DNA from: a virus
Lineage: Duplodnaviria > Caudoviricetes
Length of the DNA: 54,144 nucleotides
Direction: 5' to 3' (one strand)
IMG/VR virus record: IMGVR_UViG_3300036851_000065
Span: 1 to 54,144 of that record
Positions 16,478 through 26,626 of the stretch are shown here, in pieces. A model generated the notes under the pieces. That model was not told the origin of the DNA, did no database searches, and saw only the letters and a list, made by a program, of their open reading frames with translations. A program made the translations under genes and the position numbers. Position 1 is the stretch's first letter; each line of letters starts with the position of its first letter.

Positions 16478-16939
16478 ATGCCAATTAGCGCGGAAAGTTT
16501 AAAAGCAAAGATAGATGCTTTTAGAGAAGAGATAGGACGAAATATTACGTTCTATGTCTCTTCTTTAGAGCCTTGCACTTTGTGCTTACCGAGCGGGTAC
16601 TATGATGCAACTAATGATACGACTACTTACTTTACATGTCCTGTATGCGATGGACAGTATTATCTCCCCACTAAAACAGAGACAGAGGTATTAGCTAGGG
16701 TACACTGGGTTAGCGATCAAGCTGTTACTGCCACACCGGGAGGAAAATACTATGTAGGTGACTGTAACGTACATATTGATCCTACCTATAGAACCTTAGC
16801 CGAGTCTGCCCAAAGTAATACGGGTGGGGTAATAGTAGATGGACATGATATGCAAATTCAAAAGATTATACCTCAGGGTGCGCCCTCTATAAATAGGACT
16901 AGAGTAATTCTTACCAATAAGGGTAGTAGGCCATCCTAG
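16478..16939 (+). CDS. Head closure/stopper protein with Zn finger (putative)
   Basis: CTLC...CPVCDGQYY; neck-module synteny. Confidence 0.6.
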   Translation: MPISAESLKAKIDAFREEIGRNITFYVSSLEPCTLCLPSGYYDATNDTTTYFTCPVCDGQYYLPTKTETEVLARVHWVSDQAVTATPGGKYYVGDCNVHIDPTYRTLAESAQSNTGGVIVDGHDMQIQKIIPQGAPSINRTRVILTNKGSRPS

Positions 16940-16956
16940 GAAGGAGAAGGAAAGGA

Positions 16957-17223
16957 ATGAACATAACACCTAACATTGTGGTTTGTCCAAAATGCGATGC
17001 TGAGTTTCAACATAATCGCGTTAATGGTATGGCTTTGTTGGAGCTAGCTAATGCTGTAGAAGCGAGAACACGGATGCACAGCCGTTTAACTCTTGATGCA
17101 TTAGAGAAAGAATTTGAAGGTAAAGAACTACCAAGGGCTGTAAAGAAAGCTGTTTTAGACGGCTATAATGATCTTGCTAGAAGCGTGTTGATAGTTCTAG
17201 GACTTGGTGGCGATGCTGAGTAA
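16957..17223 (+). CDS. Hypothetical protein
   Basis: CPKC motif, RBS, coupled to the next gene. Confidence 0.6.
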   Translation: MNITPNIVVCPKCDAEFQHNRVNGMALLELANAVEARTRMHSRLTLDALEKEFEGKELPRAVKKAVLDGYNDLARSVLIVLGLGGDAE

Positions 17224-18113
17224 TGGTAACAGTACGAACAACGGTAGATTCGTCTGCTGTATATGCAATGGTACGTACCTTCGAAGAGGGACTATATAAT
17301 GCAGAATCTTTTGCAGCGCATGAAATAGAAAATCGAATTAGATTTACAGTATTTGATGAAGTTGTTCATAGGCTTGGGGCTCGCGCTGGTCAGGGATTTC
17401 CTAGTGTTTATAGGGATCACCTTGCTAACTTTATGAAGATCAATATAAATATAAATGTAGTTGCACAGGGCAACGGTTTCATGTCTGTCGAATATGATCT
17501 TGATGGATTAGGCGGTTATGGGGAATTGGAATTGGGAGCGCATCATCAAGCATTAGAGTATGAAGAGCCGGGTTCTTACGGTGTTACTAGAACGGGTAAG
17601 GCTAGATATAATCCACACCCCAATAAAGTACAGCTTCCTTATGCCGGTCAAGCTCTTATGAATGAAGCGGAGCGTAGACAAGAGTTTTGGGAAGAAGCTA
17701 TTGTCGGACAACAAGGATTCATTACTAACTTTAGACGTGGATCAGGCTACCTAGAAATCACCAATGCTCCTACATTTGAGGAAATAGCAGCAGCACGAGT
17801 ATTTGAAGCTTGGATACCCTCTGGTACTGCTCCTGAATGGTTATGGTTAGAGAACGGATTCAATGAGAGCGAGCCTAGAATTCCTCCACAAGATTTCTCT
17901 AGAACACTAAGAAATATATCGGCCTGTGTTGCTGAAAAAATATATGAGGGCGCGTTGATTGGTTTGATTAGAGTTGCTGAACGAGCGGGCGGCGCAATTG
18001 CTGTAGGTAGTACCGGACGACCGTTCTTTAAATCAAGTGGGCGCTTTGTTGAATATAGAGGCGAGATAGACGAGAGTACCACTGATACTAATGAGTGTCT
18101 AGGGAGGTTATAG
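17223..18113 (+). CDS. Neck/tail-completion protein (putative)
   Basis: Synteny; W.WLENG...IPPQ.F motif reminiscent of HK97 gp10-like neck proteins. Confidence 0.5.
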   Translation: MVTVRTTVDSSAVYAMVRTFEEGLYNAESFAAHEIENRIRFTVFDEVVHRLGARAGQGFPSVYRDHLANFMKINININVVAQGNGFMSVEYDLDGLGGYGELELGAHHQALEYEEPGSYGVTRTGKARYNPHPNKVQLPYAGQALMNEAERRQEFWEEAIVGQQGFITNFRRGSGYLEITNAPTFEEIAAARVFEAWIPSGTAPEWLWLENGFNESEPRIPPQDFSRTLRNISACVAEKIYEGALIGLIRVAERAGGAIAVGSTGRPFFKSSGRFVEYRGEIDESTTDTNECLGRL

Positions 18114-18115
18114 GG

Positions 18116-18568
18116 ATGGCTAGAAAATATCATGAACGTCGATCTTTAGCTTCCGCATTATTAACATATCTTACGGCAAGAGGATGGAATATAACGGAGA
18201 TTAGAGAAGGTTTTCTCTCCGAAGATACTATTACTGTACCTACAGTAAGTGTCTATTTTCTGCCTAGCGTGTTTGAAGAATTAGAGATAGGTCGTACTAA
18301 TAAGACATTTATAAGACGAGTTCAGGTAGATGCCTACATGGAAAATGAGGGTAGAGCAGATGCTATAGGTGATGATATTATGGATTTTATAGACGAGACT
18401 CCTGTTGTGGTAGAGGACGTTATAACTGACATTGATCTTGCAAACATGATTTGTTATGACACGCAATCTATATCTTCGGAAACCGTGCCCCCAATATTCA
18501 AAGAAGCGAAGGTTAAACATTGGAGAAGTGTTACTAAAGCCACATATGAAACACATTATTTTGATTAA
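18116..18568 (+). CDS. Tail terminator (putative)
   Basis: Acidic, ~150 aa, before the tail tube; P.VSV...E.EIG...VQVDAY pattern. Confidence 0.6.
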   Translation: MARKYHERRSLASALLTYLTARGWNITEIREGFLSEDTITVPTVSVYFLPSVFEELEIGRTNKTFIRRVQVDAYMENEGRADAIGDDIMDFIDETPVVVEDVITDIDLANMICYDTQSISSETVPPIFKEAKVKHWRSVTKATYETHYFD

Positions 18569-18667
18569 CTTATTTGGCACCCGATACACATAATAAGGGC
18601 GGGCAACAAATAACCAAGGAAAGGGAACCTAAATGATTATTTGACCCTATAAGGAGGAAAAAGGAAA

Positions 18668-19879
18668 ATGGTTAGACGAGCAAGAGTTCACTCTAGAGAC
18701 TTGCAGCCGCAAATTGCGGCACCCAAAGGTCTTCTTGGTGTAGCTAGAGTACAGAGATTTGAATGGCCTATGGAGCTACCAACAACAAGTATTGATGAGT
18801 TGGGTAGAAAACTTCACGTTGGTACTACAACAGAAATTCCTAATGTTACTGTAACAATAGAGGCATTTGATGTTAGCCATAATACATTCTCGTATTTGAC
18901 GGGCCACACACCAGCAACATTTCCAGTATCAGGTGCAAGTGTTACTGAACTAAAAAATATTGATGTTATTGGTCAAATTAGAGACGGTACAACACTTGGA
19001 ATTGTTAATGCGCTTTATGTTAAGCGCGGAACTGTTACAGGAATGGATGCTACGTTCGGAGTTAGAGATAACTCTAATGTAACATACACTGTTTCAGCTA
19101 ACTCAAAGAAAGAATTTAAACAGCCTGTATTCTACGAAAGTTCCACAACAATTTCCGGTGGAGCCAAGATGGTTTTAGCAAATACACCAACGTATTTGAC
19201 ACGAACATCAGGCTACACAATTAACGCATATAGAACATCAGCAGCAGGGCTAACAAACTACCTTAATGAGGGTACAGGCTTAGACTATACTGTTGCTGGT
19301 ACAACAATTACATTCCTTGATAATGGTGGAGTTTCATCAGGTAGTGCAAACTCTCTAGATAGTGTTTGGGTTACTTATTCTAGTACGGCAGCTAGAACAT
19401 TTGAGGCTCTAGATGATGCATCAGCGTCAGCCGTTCAGGGTAAGTATGTTCCAGTAACAATTTCAGTGAGTAACATTCCAAGAGTTCAAAGTGCTTCACT
19501 AAGAGTAGCATTCCCGGCAGAAGAAATTCTAGAAATGGGCGGACTTGGAAAGCCGGTTGGTTATGAGGTTGGTATTCCAGATGTAACAGGTGAAATCGCT
19601 GTTCTAAAGACAGACAATGAGCTTCTAGCTCTACTAGAGGGTGTTGCTACTACAACAGTAGAAAATGATCTAGAGTTTGCTCTTACAACACTTCCATTGA
19701 AGATTCAGTTGAAGGACCCTAGAAATACAGCGAAAACACTATTAACGTACTATGTACCATCAATCACACTCACATCAGAAAGTGATGAAAATACAGTTAA
19801 CCAGTCAATGAATGAAACCTTTGCGTTCCAGTCAACAACAGGTGAACTGATTGTTATGTCAGGTGTAGGCGTTTATTAA
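18668..19879 (+). CDS. Major tail (tube) protein
   Basis: Thr/Ser/Val-rich, two tube-like halves (ARVQ..IDELG / PRVQ..ILEMG), strong RBS, terminator downstream. Confidence 0.8.
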   Translation: MVRRARVHSRDLQPQIAAPKGLLGVARVQRFEWPMELPTTSIDELGRKLHVGTTTEIPNVTVTIEAFDVSHNTFSYLTGHTPATFPVSGASVTELKNIDVIGQIRDGTTLGIVNALYVKRGTVTGMDATFGVRDNSNVTYTVSANSKKEFKQPVFYESSTTISGGAKMVLANTPTYLTRTSGYTINAYRTSAAGLTNYLNEGTGLDYTVAGTTITFLDNGGVSSGSANSLDSVWVTYSSTAARTFEALDDASASAVQGKYVPVTISVSNIPRVQSASLRVAFPAEEILEMGGLGKPVGYEVGIPDVTGEIAVLKTDNELLALLEGVATTTVENDLEFALTTLPLKIQLKDPRNTAKTLLTYYVPSITLTSESDENTVNQSMNETFAFQSTTGELIVMSGVGVY

Positions 19880-19912
19880 TCCAAATACAATTGGGTAATA
19901 CGAAAGTATTAG

Positions 19913-19951
19913 AAGGGAGTGGGGCTAAAGCCCTGCTCCCTTTATTTTTTT
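19913..19951 (+). terminator. Intrinsic terminator after tail tube gene
   Basis: AAGGGAGTGGGGCT/AGCCCTGCTCCCTT + T tract. Confidence 0.85.
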
Positions 19952-19984
19952 ATACGTACTATAGGTAAGGAAAAGGAGAAGAAA

Positions 19985-20722
19985 ATGGGATTAAAGATAG
20001 CTGATCTACTAAAATATAGAACAAGTATAGTACTAACTAAGCAAAATGGCGAGTCTATACTTGATGATAAGGGTATACCTATTGTTGTGTATCTAAGAAT
20101 TATTGGTGACGATGATTTAGTAGCATCACATCGCATGGCTCGATTTGCTTCATCCGCCAAGAGAAGAGCTTTACAGGATAAAGACTCACTTGACTGGAAA
20201 GAAGCCACACAACCTATTATAGAGGGTTCTGCTGAAGAGCTACGAGTTTACATTAAGCAAGCTAAAACTAGCAATCTAACTGCGGAAGCAAGATCAAGTG
20301 TACCTCGTCCAGACCTTCCCGAATTAGAGGAATTTGCTGCTGATCCTGATGCTGCCTCATTATTTGAAAAGGAGCAGTTTGAGGAAGCTGTTGATAAAGT
20401 AGAGGCCGATTATCAAAAAGCTCTTGAAGAATATATTGATATAAGAACAAGAGTTATAAATGAAGATTTAGCTGCTATAGAAGACATAGAGAAGCTTAGA
20501 GAAATAGCATTAGATAATGTGTCCGTTCTTCTTTGTATAGGAGAATACTATGCCGAGTTATATGATCAACAAACATATAGAGCTTGTTACTTAGATAATA
20601 CTTATAGGGAGCGAGCTTTTGATTCTGTTGAGGAGTTTAAAAGTGCGGATAGTTTTATTAAAAATCAACTCATTGATAAATACTTGGCACTAGAAGCCGA
20701 TCCAGAACAAATAAAAAACTAG
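19985..20722 (+). CDS. Tail assembly chaperone (gpG-like)
   Basis: Between tail tube and tape measure; ends at a slippery heptamer. Confidence 0.8.
   Translation: MGLKIADLLKYRTSIVLTKQNGESILDDKGIPIVVYLRIIGDDDLVASHRMARFASSAKRRALQDKDSLDWKEATQPIIEGSAEELRVYIKQAKTSNLTAEARSSVPRPDLPELEEFAADPDAASLFEKEQFEEAVDKVEADYQKALEEYIDIRTRVINEDLAAIEDIEKLREIALDNVSVLLCIGEYYAELYDQQTYRACYLDNTYRERAFDSVEEFKSADSFIKNQLIDKYLALEADPEQIKN
20713..20719 (+). other. Programmed -1 frameshift site A-AAA-AAC
   Basis: The -1 frame reads KLAEGNSWAVALEIAKTTGM... without a stop into ORF 20773-21012. Confidence 0.8.
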
Positions 20723-20772
20723 CAGAGGGTAACTCTTGGGCGGTCGCTCTTGAAATAGCTAAGACTACGGGA

Positions 20773-21012
20773 ATGCCGTTAGCCGAAGGTATAGAAAATG
20801 CGGTGGATTTACCTCATACATTAACGCTCGCAATCACTTACAGAGCAAGACTTAATTCATTTTGGGAGCTACCAAAAGATAAGCAGCCACCCCGAAATCT
20901 TTGGGATAAACCTTGGAGACTTAGCCAATTTTTTGATGAGGTATTTGATTCGAAAGGCGGGGCTAAGAAACAAACAACCTATGTCGAATATGATATTGAG
21001 GACGTGGAATAG
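20773..21012 (+). CDS. Tail assembly chaperone frameshift extension (gpT-like)
   Basis: In the -1 frame of the chaperone, directly before the tape measure. Confidence 0.75.
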   Translation: MPLAEGIENAVDLPHTLTLAITYRARLNSFWELPKDKQPPRNLWDKPWRLSQFFDEVFDSKGGAKKQTTYVEYDIEDVE

Positions 21013-21015
21013 TAA

Positions 21016-24000
21016 TTGGCAGATATTACATCTAGGGTAAAGTTTTTAGGCGATGCCTCTCAACTTCTACAAACATATCGAGCAATTGGTGCCCAAGCTA
21101 GTCTTCTAGATCGTCAAATAAATGCTATAAATCGTGCCTCTTTACAGATTAAGGGATTTGCTATTCAAGGTCCGGGTATCACAGCGGCGCGAGCGTTTGA
21201 GACGTATTTTGGTCCCGGTATAAGAGACGTAAAAACTGAGTTTGATTCTATTAATAAGGTTTTAAAAACTACTGGTGAAACCTTTATTCAGGTAGGAAAA
21301 CAAGGAAAATTCCTTACCGGAACCTTTGAAGAAATTCATGGTAACACTGATGATATTTTAAAAGCTACGCAAGCCTATTCGGGTGCTTTGTCTACAAACG
21401 CTCAGGCTTTGAGTGCTACTCGTCAAGCTTATTTATCTACTACTGGTCCAGTAAATCAGAGAATTAATCTTCTTAAAAAGCAATTGGCGTTAGAGGTTCA
21501 ACAAGGAATTATCTCAAAGCAAACTGCTGATAGCATTATTGATCGAGAACGAAGATTAAGAAATTATGATAGAGCCCCGGCACTACAAAATTATGTGAAA
21601 CAGAAAGCACAGGCATTTCAAGCTCTCGCATTAGCTAGAGCAGAGATTGATAGGGCTATTGCTGCCCCTCCTACTGTTGGTCCAGCAAGCTTACAAAATA
21701 TTCCTAAAAATATACTTAGAGAATTGTATGCTAGAGGATTGCCTCGTGATCCGGCAGCGCAGTTTGCTCGTGGTGCAGAAGCAACTGTAACCGGAGATTT
21801 GATTCATGGCACACAAAGAGCGGCTATCCAATTTAGAGATATGAATGGGGTCTTACAACAGGCTCAGGTTGAATGGGATAAGAACGGTAAAGCCATTACT
21901 AGATTCGGAGGCAATTTAAGTGGATTACAAAACCTTCTTAATCAAACAGTACGTAACCTACAGAAAGTTGTTCAATGGACAGCCGCTACTACACTAGTAT
22001 TTGGTACTCTAGCATTTGCAGCTAGCGAACTATCCACGTTAGTTAATCTAGATAAAAGCTTAAAGCAGCTATCTATCACAGCGCAGTCAACATCTGAACA
22101 GACTCGTGGATTGTTCTCCAACTTAGCTGATACCGCCTTTGAGACAGCTACACCATTAGCAGAAATGGTTAAAGCAGCGGATGATATTGCTCTTGCTACA
22201 AGAAAAGCAGGATCAACCTCTAAAGAATATCAACAAGATATCCTTAACTTGTCTCAGGCTGTTGGTATATTTACCAATCTAACTGGTGTTGACACAGTCC
22301 AAGCAACTGATTTACTAACATCAGCTATGAAACAACTAGGTATTGAGACTGAAGATGTTGTTGGTGTTCTATCTAAAATTACGGCTGTGGCCGGGGGCCA
22401 GAGTAACGCTATTGCCGATATTGCGCAAGTACTTGCTGTTATGTCTGAGGCTGCACGACAGGCCGGATTATCAATTGACGAAACAATTGCTACAGCACAG
22501 GTTTTGTCACAGGTTACAGCAAAATCTCCTGCGGAAATTGCTACAGCATTTAAGAATCTAACAGGATCACTTGACTCTACAGCGGGAACAAAAGCGTTAG
22601 CTAAGTTTAATATTGATCTTAGAGATAGTGCAGGAAACCTAAGAAATATTCTTGATATCTATGGAGAAATTTCCGATAAGATCAGACAAGGTGTTATTGC
22701 CCCCGATCAGGTTAAGGGTCTAGTCAAGGCTATTGCTGGTGGTCCGAGAAGAGTGCCAGACGCAGCGGCCTTGCTGTCCAATATTGATCAGATTGAGGCT
22801 GTTACGCTTAGAAGTGTTAGTGCTACAAATGAAGCTCTAATTGCTAACGCTAAGATTCTTGATACAACAGCAGCTAAACTTACACAACTTAAAGTTATTG
22901 TAGATCGGTTTGCATTTGAGAAGTTCGGTCCCGCACTAAAGGATACTGTAGAAGTATTCTTACAGGCAGCTACAAGCTTAGTAGACGTTCTAAATAGCGT
23001 TGATGCGGGGGCTATATCAACTGCTCTTACATTAGCTGGAATGTTCTTAGCTCTACGAATAGGTGGAGGTATTCTCGCTAGATTTGTTGGCGGCATATTC
23101 TCAATGGTTGAAAGTCTTAATGCTACAAGAATTGCAGCCGTTGGTGCAGGACAAGCGGTTGCTCAATTCGGAGCCAAGGCTGCTGTAGCTCAACAATTAG
23201 CAGGTGCTAGAGGCGGTATAACTCCTGCCGGTATTAAATCTGGTGCTGCTTCATTAATAGGTTATGGAGCAATTGGTGCTGGATTAACCGCAGCTACAGG
23301 AGGAAACCCATTACAGGTTGTGGGTGGAGGATTACAGGGTGTTGGTCTTGCAGCATTAGCGATACCTCATCCATTTGCAAAAGCTGCTGCGGCAGCGGCT
23401 ATTTTAGGTGGTACTTTCCTTCAAATGGCTACAGCAAGTAATGAGGCCGCACAATCTGTTGACAATGTAGCTGCATCTGCTGAGGAAGTTTTAACAGCAT
23501 TTGCAGCTTATAGTGAAGCACGAGATATTCTAGAGAATTTAGGTAAGACTCAAAAAGAACTTTCTACATCAATTGAAAACTTAACATCAAAGCAAAATAA
23601 ATCAGCAAGTGACTTAGCTCTACTTAATGACTTCCAGAGCCAGTATGTTCAAAATACCCTTGCTATGGCTGATGCTAATGTTAAACTAGCTGATGCACAA
23701 CAAATTTTAAATGATAAAATTGGCCCCGGATTTCAAGAAGCTATCGCTGCTGCTACGTCTGGTCGTTTAAATCCTGAACAATTACAAGAACTTATTAAAG
23801 AATATCAGTATGCTATTTTGCGGGCTACTAGACCAGATTTAACTCTTCCTGAGGAAATTGATATTCCAGATGTTCAACGAGCGGGATTTTTGCCTTATAA
23901 TTTAAGCCCTGTAGACACGGCTTATGTACCCACGCAGACTACTCAACCATTGCGGCTGCAACAGGCCGATGTTGAAGCTCCTGTTCCGTTGGTTGATCTT

Positions 24001-25773
24001 CACTTAGATGAATTGGAACAGGATGCTAACAAAGCTAAATTATTATTTAATTCATTAGGCACAGAAATTATAGCAAGTATCACACCAACTGGTAGGGCAT
24101 TTGATTTAATAGATGGGGCATTGCAAAGATTAAAGGCAAGCGGTGATCCTGCTGCCGATGCTATGATTAAGACATTTAATGCGTTTAAGCAAGGCAAGGA
24201 TGCAGTTAATGCGGCAGAGGTTAATCTAGCAATATTCCAAGCAAGAATAGAAGCGTTATCTGCTATTGGTGATCCATCCGCAGCTACTCTACAAAAAGGT
24301 TTGGACCTCGTTACAAAGATAGTTAATGTTGGAGCGTTAGAGGGCGGAGAAAAAGGCGCAGATGCTATTTTTCAAGCGACTAAAAGCTTTGCTGATCTAC
24401 TAAAGAGCGGGGAGGCTATCAAACCAGAGGATTTCCTACCCACCGTTAAACTTTATGCTGAATTATCAGGGGCTACGCAAGGACTAACAGATAAAAATAT
24501 TGCTTATCAAGCTATTCTAGATTCTCTTGGTTTGGAGTACGAACTACTGGGAGAACGGGCACGAGTATCCCTCGGACAAATAAGTGAGGAAACAGCCGAA
24601 CTTATTGAGAATTTAACTGAGCTTCAAGGTTCGCTATTAGAAGACTACACTCTTAAACGGGCTGACCTCCAAGCTAGAAAACAAGGGGGAGAGTTTGAGG
24701 GTAAAGAAGGAGAATTCGCAGCCCAAGACAAGCAATTAAAAGCTCTTGAAGAGCAGATCATACGAGTTACAGACGCCTATATAAATGCCGAAGAAACTAT
24801 TCCCGGTTTTGAAACCGTGGTAGATGAATTTGCGGCTTCATTGACTAATGTAGTTGGATTACATGATGCTGAAGTTTTAAGTACGGATCAACTAATTGCT
24901 CGATTATTTAGCTTAGCTGATACGTACGGCTTAACAGGTGCCCAAGTAGATATCCTTGGAAATAAGCTGGTTGCTTTAGCTGATACTGCTCGACAAATTG
25001 ATGCCATCAAAGCAAGCTTTGGCATTTCTGCTGAGGTAGATTTAAGTGGGGCTATTAAAGCCCTTCAAGCCCTAAGAAATAGCGTTTCATCTATGGCTAA
25101 ACTCCCTATTATTGGTAATATTATAGGCGGGGCTGGTCTTGGTCCAATTGATAATGCTCTTCAACAATTAATTAATGCTCAAAGCTCTATTGGTGGGGCT
25201 GGCTCAAGTTTAGGGGCTGTGTATACAGGCGGCGCAGGTTCAGGAGGTCCGGGTGGTAGCGCGCCAACAACTAAAGCTCCTAAAGGTCCGGGGTTAGATG
25301 TTTCAACAATAGATATTCCTGATGCTATTGCTACCGCATATAACAGGGATGCCTTGATTCAAGAAGCTATTAGAAGAGCCAAAGCACTACAAGCTAAGAT
25401 TCCGGGTGCTGCAAAAGAAGCTTCTAATGATATCGTAGAGCTATTAAAGGGTACTCAGAGAATTCTTGAAGTTAGGGGCGTTAAAGACGATCTATTAAGA
25501 CGAGCCCTAGAAGAACTAGCTGATATCGAAAAGAAGAGACTTGAATTTGAAACAAAAGCTGACACTATTCGAAGAATTCGGGTGGGTTCAGGCAGCTTTG
25601 CAGCGATTGCTAATGTTCCCGTTAATACACAAACAGGGGTAAGCCTTGGCGGGGCTCAGGGACCAATTAATATCTCATTGAACTTAAATGGAACTGTATT
25701 GACGCCAGCGCAGTTAGCACAATTTGCTGATTTAGTAGCAGCGGCACTAAAACGTCAAATTGCGAATGGTTGA
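21016..25773 (+). CDS. Tape measure protein
   Basis: 1585 aa, Ala/Leu/Gln-rich helical, TP901-like core segment, synteny. Confidence 0.92.
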   Translation: MADITSRVKFLGDASQLLQTYRAIGAQASLLDRQINAINRASLQIKGFAIQGPGITAARAFETYFGPGIRDVKTEFDSINKVLKTTGETFIQVGKQGKFLTGTFEEIHGNTDDILKATQAYSGALSTNAQALSATRQAYLSTTGPVNQRINLLKKQLALEVQQGIISKQTADSIIDRERRLRNYDRAPALQNYVKQKAQAFQALALARAEIDRAIAAPPTVGPASLQNIPKNILRELYARGLPRDPAAQFARGAEATVTGDLIHGTQRAAIQFRDMNGVLQQAQVEWDKNGKAITRFGGNLSGLQNLLNQTVRNLQKVVQWTAATTLVFGTLAFAASELSTLVNLDKSLKQLSITAQSTSEQTRGLFSNLADTAFETATPLAEMVKAADDIALATRKAGSTSKEYQQDILNLSQAVGIFTNLTGVDTVQATDLLTSAMKQLGIETEDVVGVLSKITAVAGGQSNAIADIAQVLAVMSEAARQAGLSIDETIATAQVLSQVTAKSPAEIATAFKNLTGSLDSTAGTKALAKFNIDLRDSAGNLRNILDIYGEISDKIRQGVIAPDQVKGLVKAIAGGPRRVPDAAALLSNIDQIEAVTLRSVSATNEALIANAKILDTTAAKLTQLKVIVDRFAFEKFGPALKDTVEVFLQAATSLVDVLNSVDAGAISTALTLAGMFLALRIGGGILARFVGGIFSMVESLNATRIAAVGAGQAVAQFGAKAAVAQQLAGARGGITPAGIKSGAASLIGYGAIGAGLTAATGGNPLQVVGGGLQGVGLAALAIPHPFAKAAAAAAILGGTFLQMATASNEAAQSVDNVAASAEEVLTAFAAYSEARDILENLGKTQKELSTSIENLTSKQNKSASDLALLNDFQSQYVQNTLAMADANVKLADAQQILNDKIGPGFQEAIAAATSGRLNPEQLQELIKEYQYAILRATRPDLTLPEEIDIPDVQRAGFLPYNLSPVDTAYVPTQTTQPLRLQQADVEAPVPLVDLHLDELEQDANKAKLLFNSLGTEIIASITPTGRAFDLIDGALQRLKASGDPAADAMIKTFNAFKQGKDAVNAAEVNLAIFQARIEALSAIGDPSAATLQKGLDLVTKIVNVGALEGGEKGADAIFQATKSFADLLKSGEAIKPEDFLPTVKLYAELSGATQGLTDKNIAYQAILDSLGLEYELLGERARVSLGQISEETAELIENLTELQGSLLEDYTLKRADLQARKQGGEFEGKEGEFAAQDKQLKALEEQIIRVTDAYINAEETIPGFETVVDEFAASLTNVVGLHDAEVLSTDQLIARLFSLADTYGLTGAQVDILGNKLVALADTARQIDAIKASFGISAEVDLSGAIKALQALRNSVSSMAKLPIIGNIIGGAGLGPIDNALQQLINAQSSIGGAGSSLGAVYTGGAGSGGPGGSAPTTKAPKGPGLDVSTIDIPDAIATAYNRDALIQEAIRRAKALQAKIPGAAKEASNDIVELLKGTQRILEVRGVKDDLLRRALEELADIEKKRLEFETKADTIRRIRVGSGSFAAIANVPVNTQTGVSLGGAQGPINISLNLNGTVLTPAQLAQFADLVAAALKRQIANG

Positions 25774-25777
25774 TAGG

Positions 25778-25859
25778 ATGGAAAACATGACATGGAGTAG
25801 AAAAAGATGACATTGAAATCTTAACTGAGGCTATTAAATACTTGGATAAGGGGGAATAA
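25778..25859 (+). pseudogene. Internally deleted endonuclease VII-type homing endonuclease remnant
   Basis: Short start MENMTWSRK joined out of frame to KDDIEILTEAIKYLDKGE*, matching the EndoVII C-terminal signature. Confidence 0.55.
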
Positions 25860-25862
25860 TTA

Positions 25863-26615
25863 ATGCCGCTAGGACCAGCACAGGCTTATTTAGCTAACTA
25901 CAATTCTTATCAATTACCGGGCTATGTTCAGCGAGAGTCTTTAGACTCTTCCATGAATATAGCAAGTCATTATGGCCCCTATGCCGATGGTTCGGAATCA
26001 GAGTATACAGGGCTTCAAAATAAACTTATGTCTCTTACATTAAAAGTGTGGGAGCCCGATTACTTATCATGTAAAAATGAGGTACAGAAAGCAGCTACTA
26101 TACTTAGAAGTAAGAAAGGTGATTTTGCCCCTCTATATCTTCAATATACTGATAGATATTATGAGGCTATGACACAAACAATCAGAGAAGAAAAGACCGC
26201 TGGCGAATCCGTTAGAACATTAGAGTATGAAGTACAGCTTGAATGTAAGCCTTGGCTTACTAGTGTATCAGGCTACACAATTACAGGTACAGGCACGGTA
26301 ACTACAGATGCAGTAGGCAGAACGATAGATGACGGTGGTTGGACTCCAACCTTGATTACTGTTACTGGTACAAATGTAACAATTTCAGGCTATTTAGACA
26401 ACGGCGATCCTACAGGATTTGTTAGCATTTCTGGTGCTGTTACAGGCATGGTTATTGACTCTGATGATTTCACTGCTGAAATTTCGGGGATTAATAGAAA
26501 CGAAAAAATGTTATGGACAGAGTATAGAACATATGTAGGTCCGGGTAGAACAACTTTCGTAATTACAGGAGCATCATCTTGTACCATACAATATAACAAT
26601 AGATGGTACATATAA
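25863..26615 (+). CDS. Distal tail protein (Dit-like)
   Basis: 250 aa right after the tape measure; ECKPW, GG..PT.I, VGPG, terminal NNRWY. Confidence 0.75.
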   Translation: MPLGPAQAYLANYNSYQLPGYVQRESLDSSMNIASHYGPYADGSESEYTGLQNKLMSLTLKVWEPDYLSCKNEVQKAATILRSKKGDFAPLYLQYTDRYYEAMTQTIREEKTAGESVRTLEYEVQLECKPWLTSVSGYTITGTGTVTTDAVGRTIDDGGWTPTLITVTGTNVTISGYLDNGDPTGFVSISGAVTGMVIDSDDFTAEISGINRNEKMLWTEYRTYVGPGRTTFVITGASSCTIQYNNRWYI

Positions 26616-26626
26616 GGAGGTTAATT

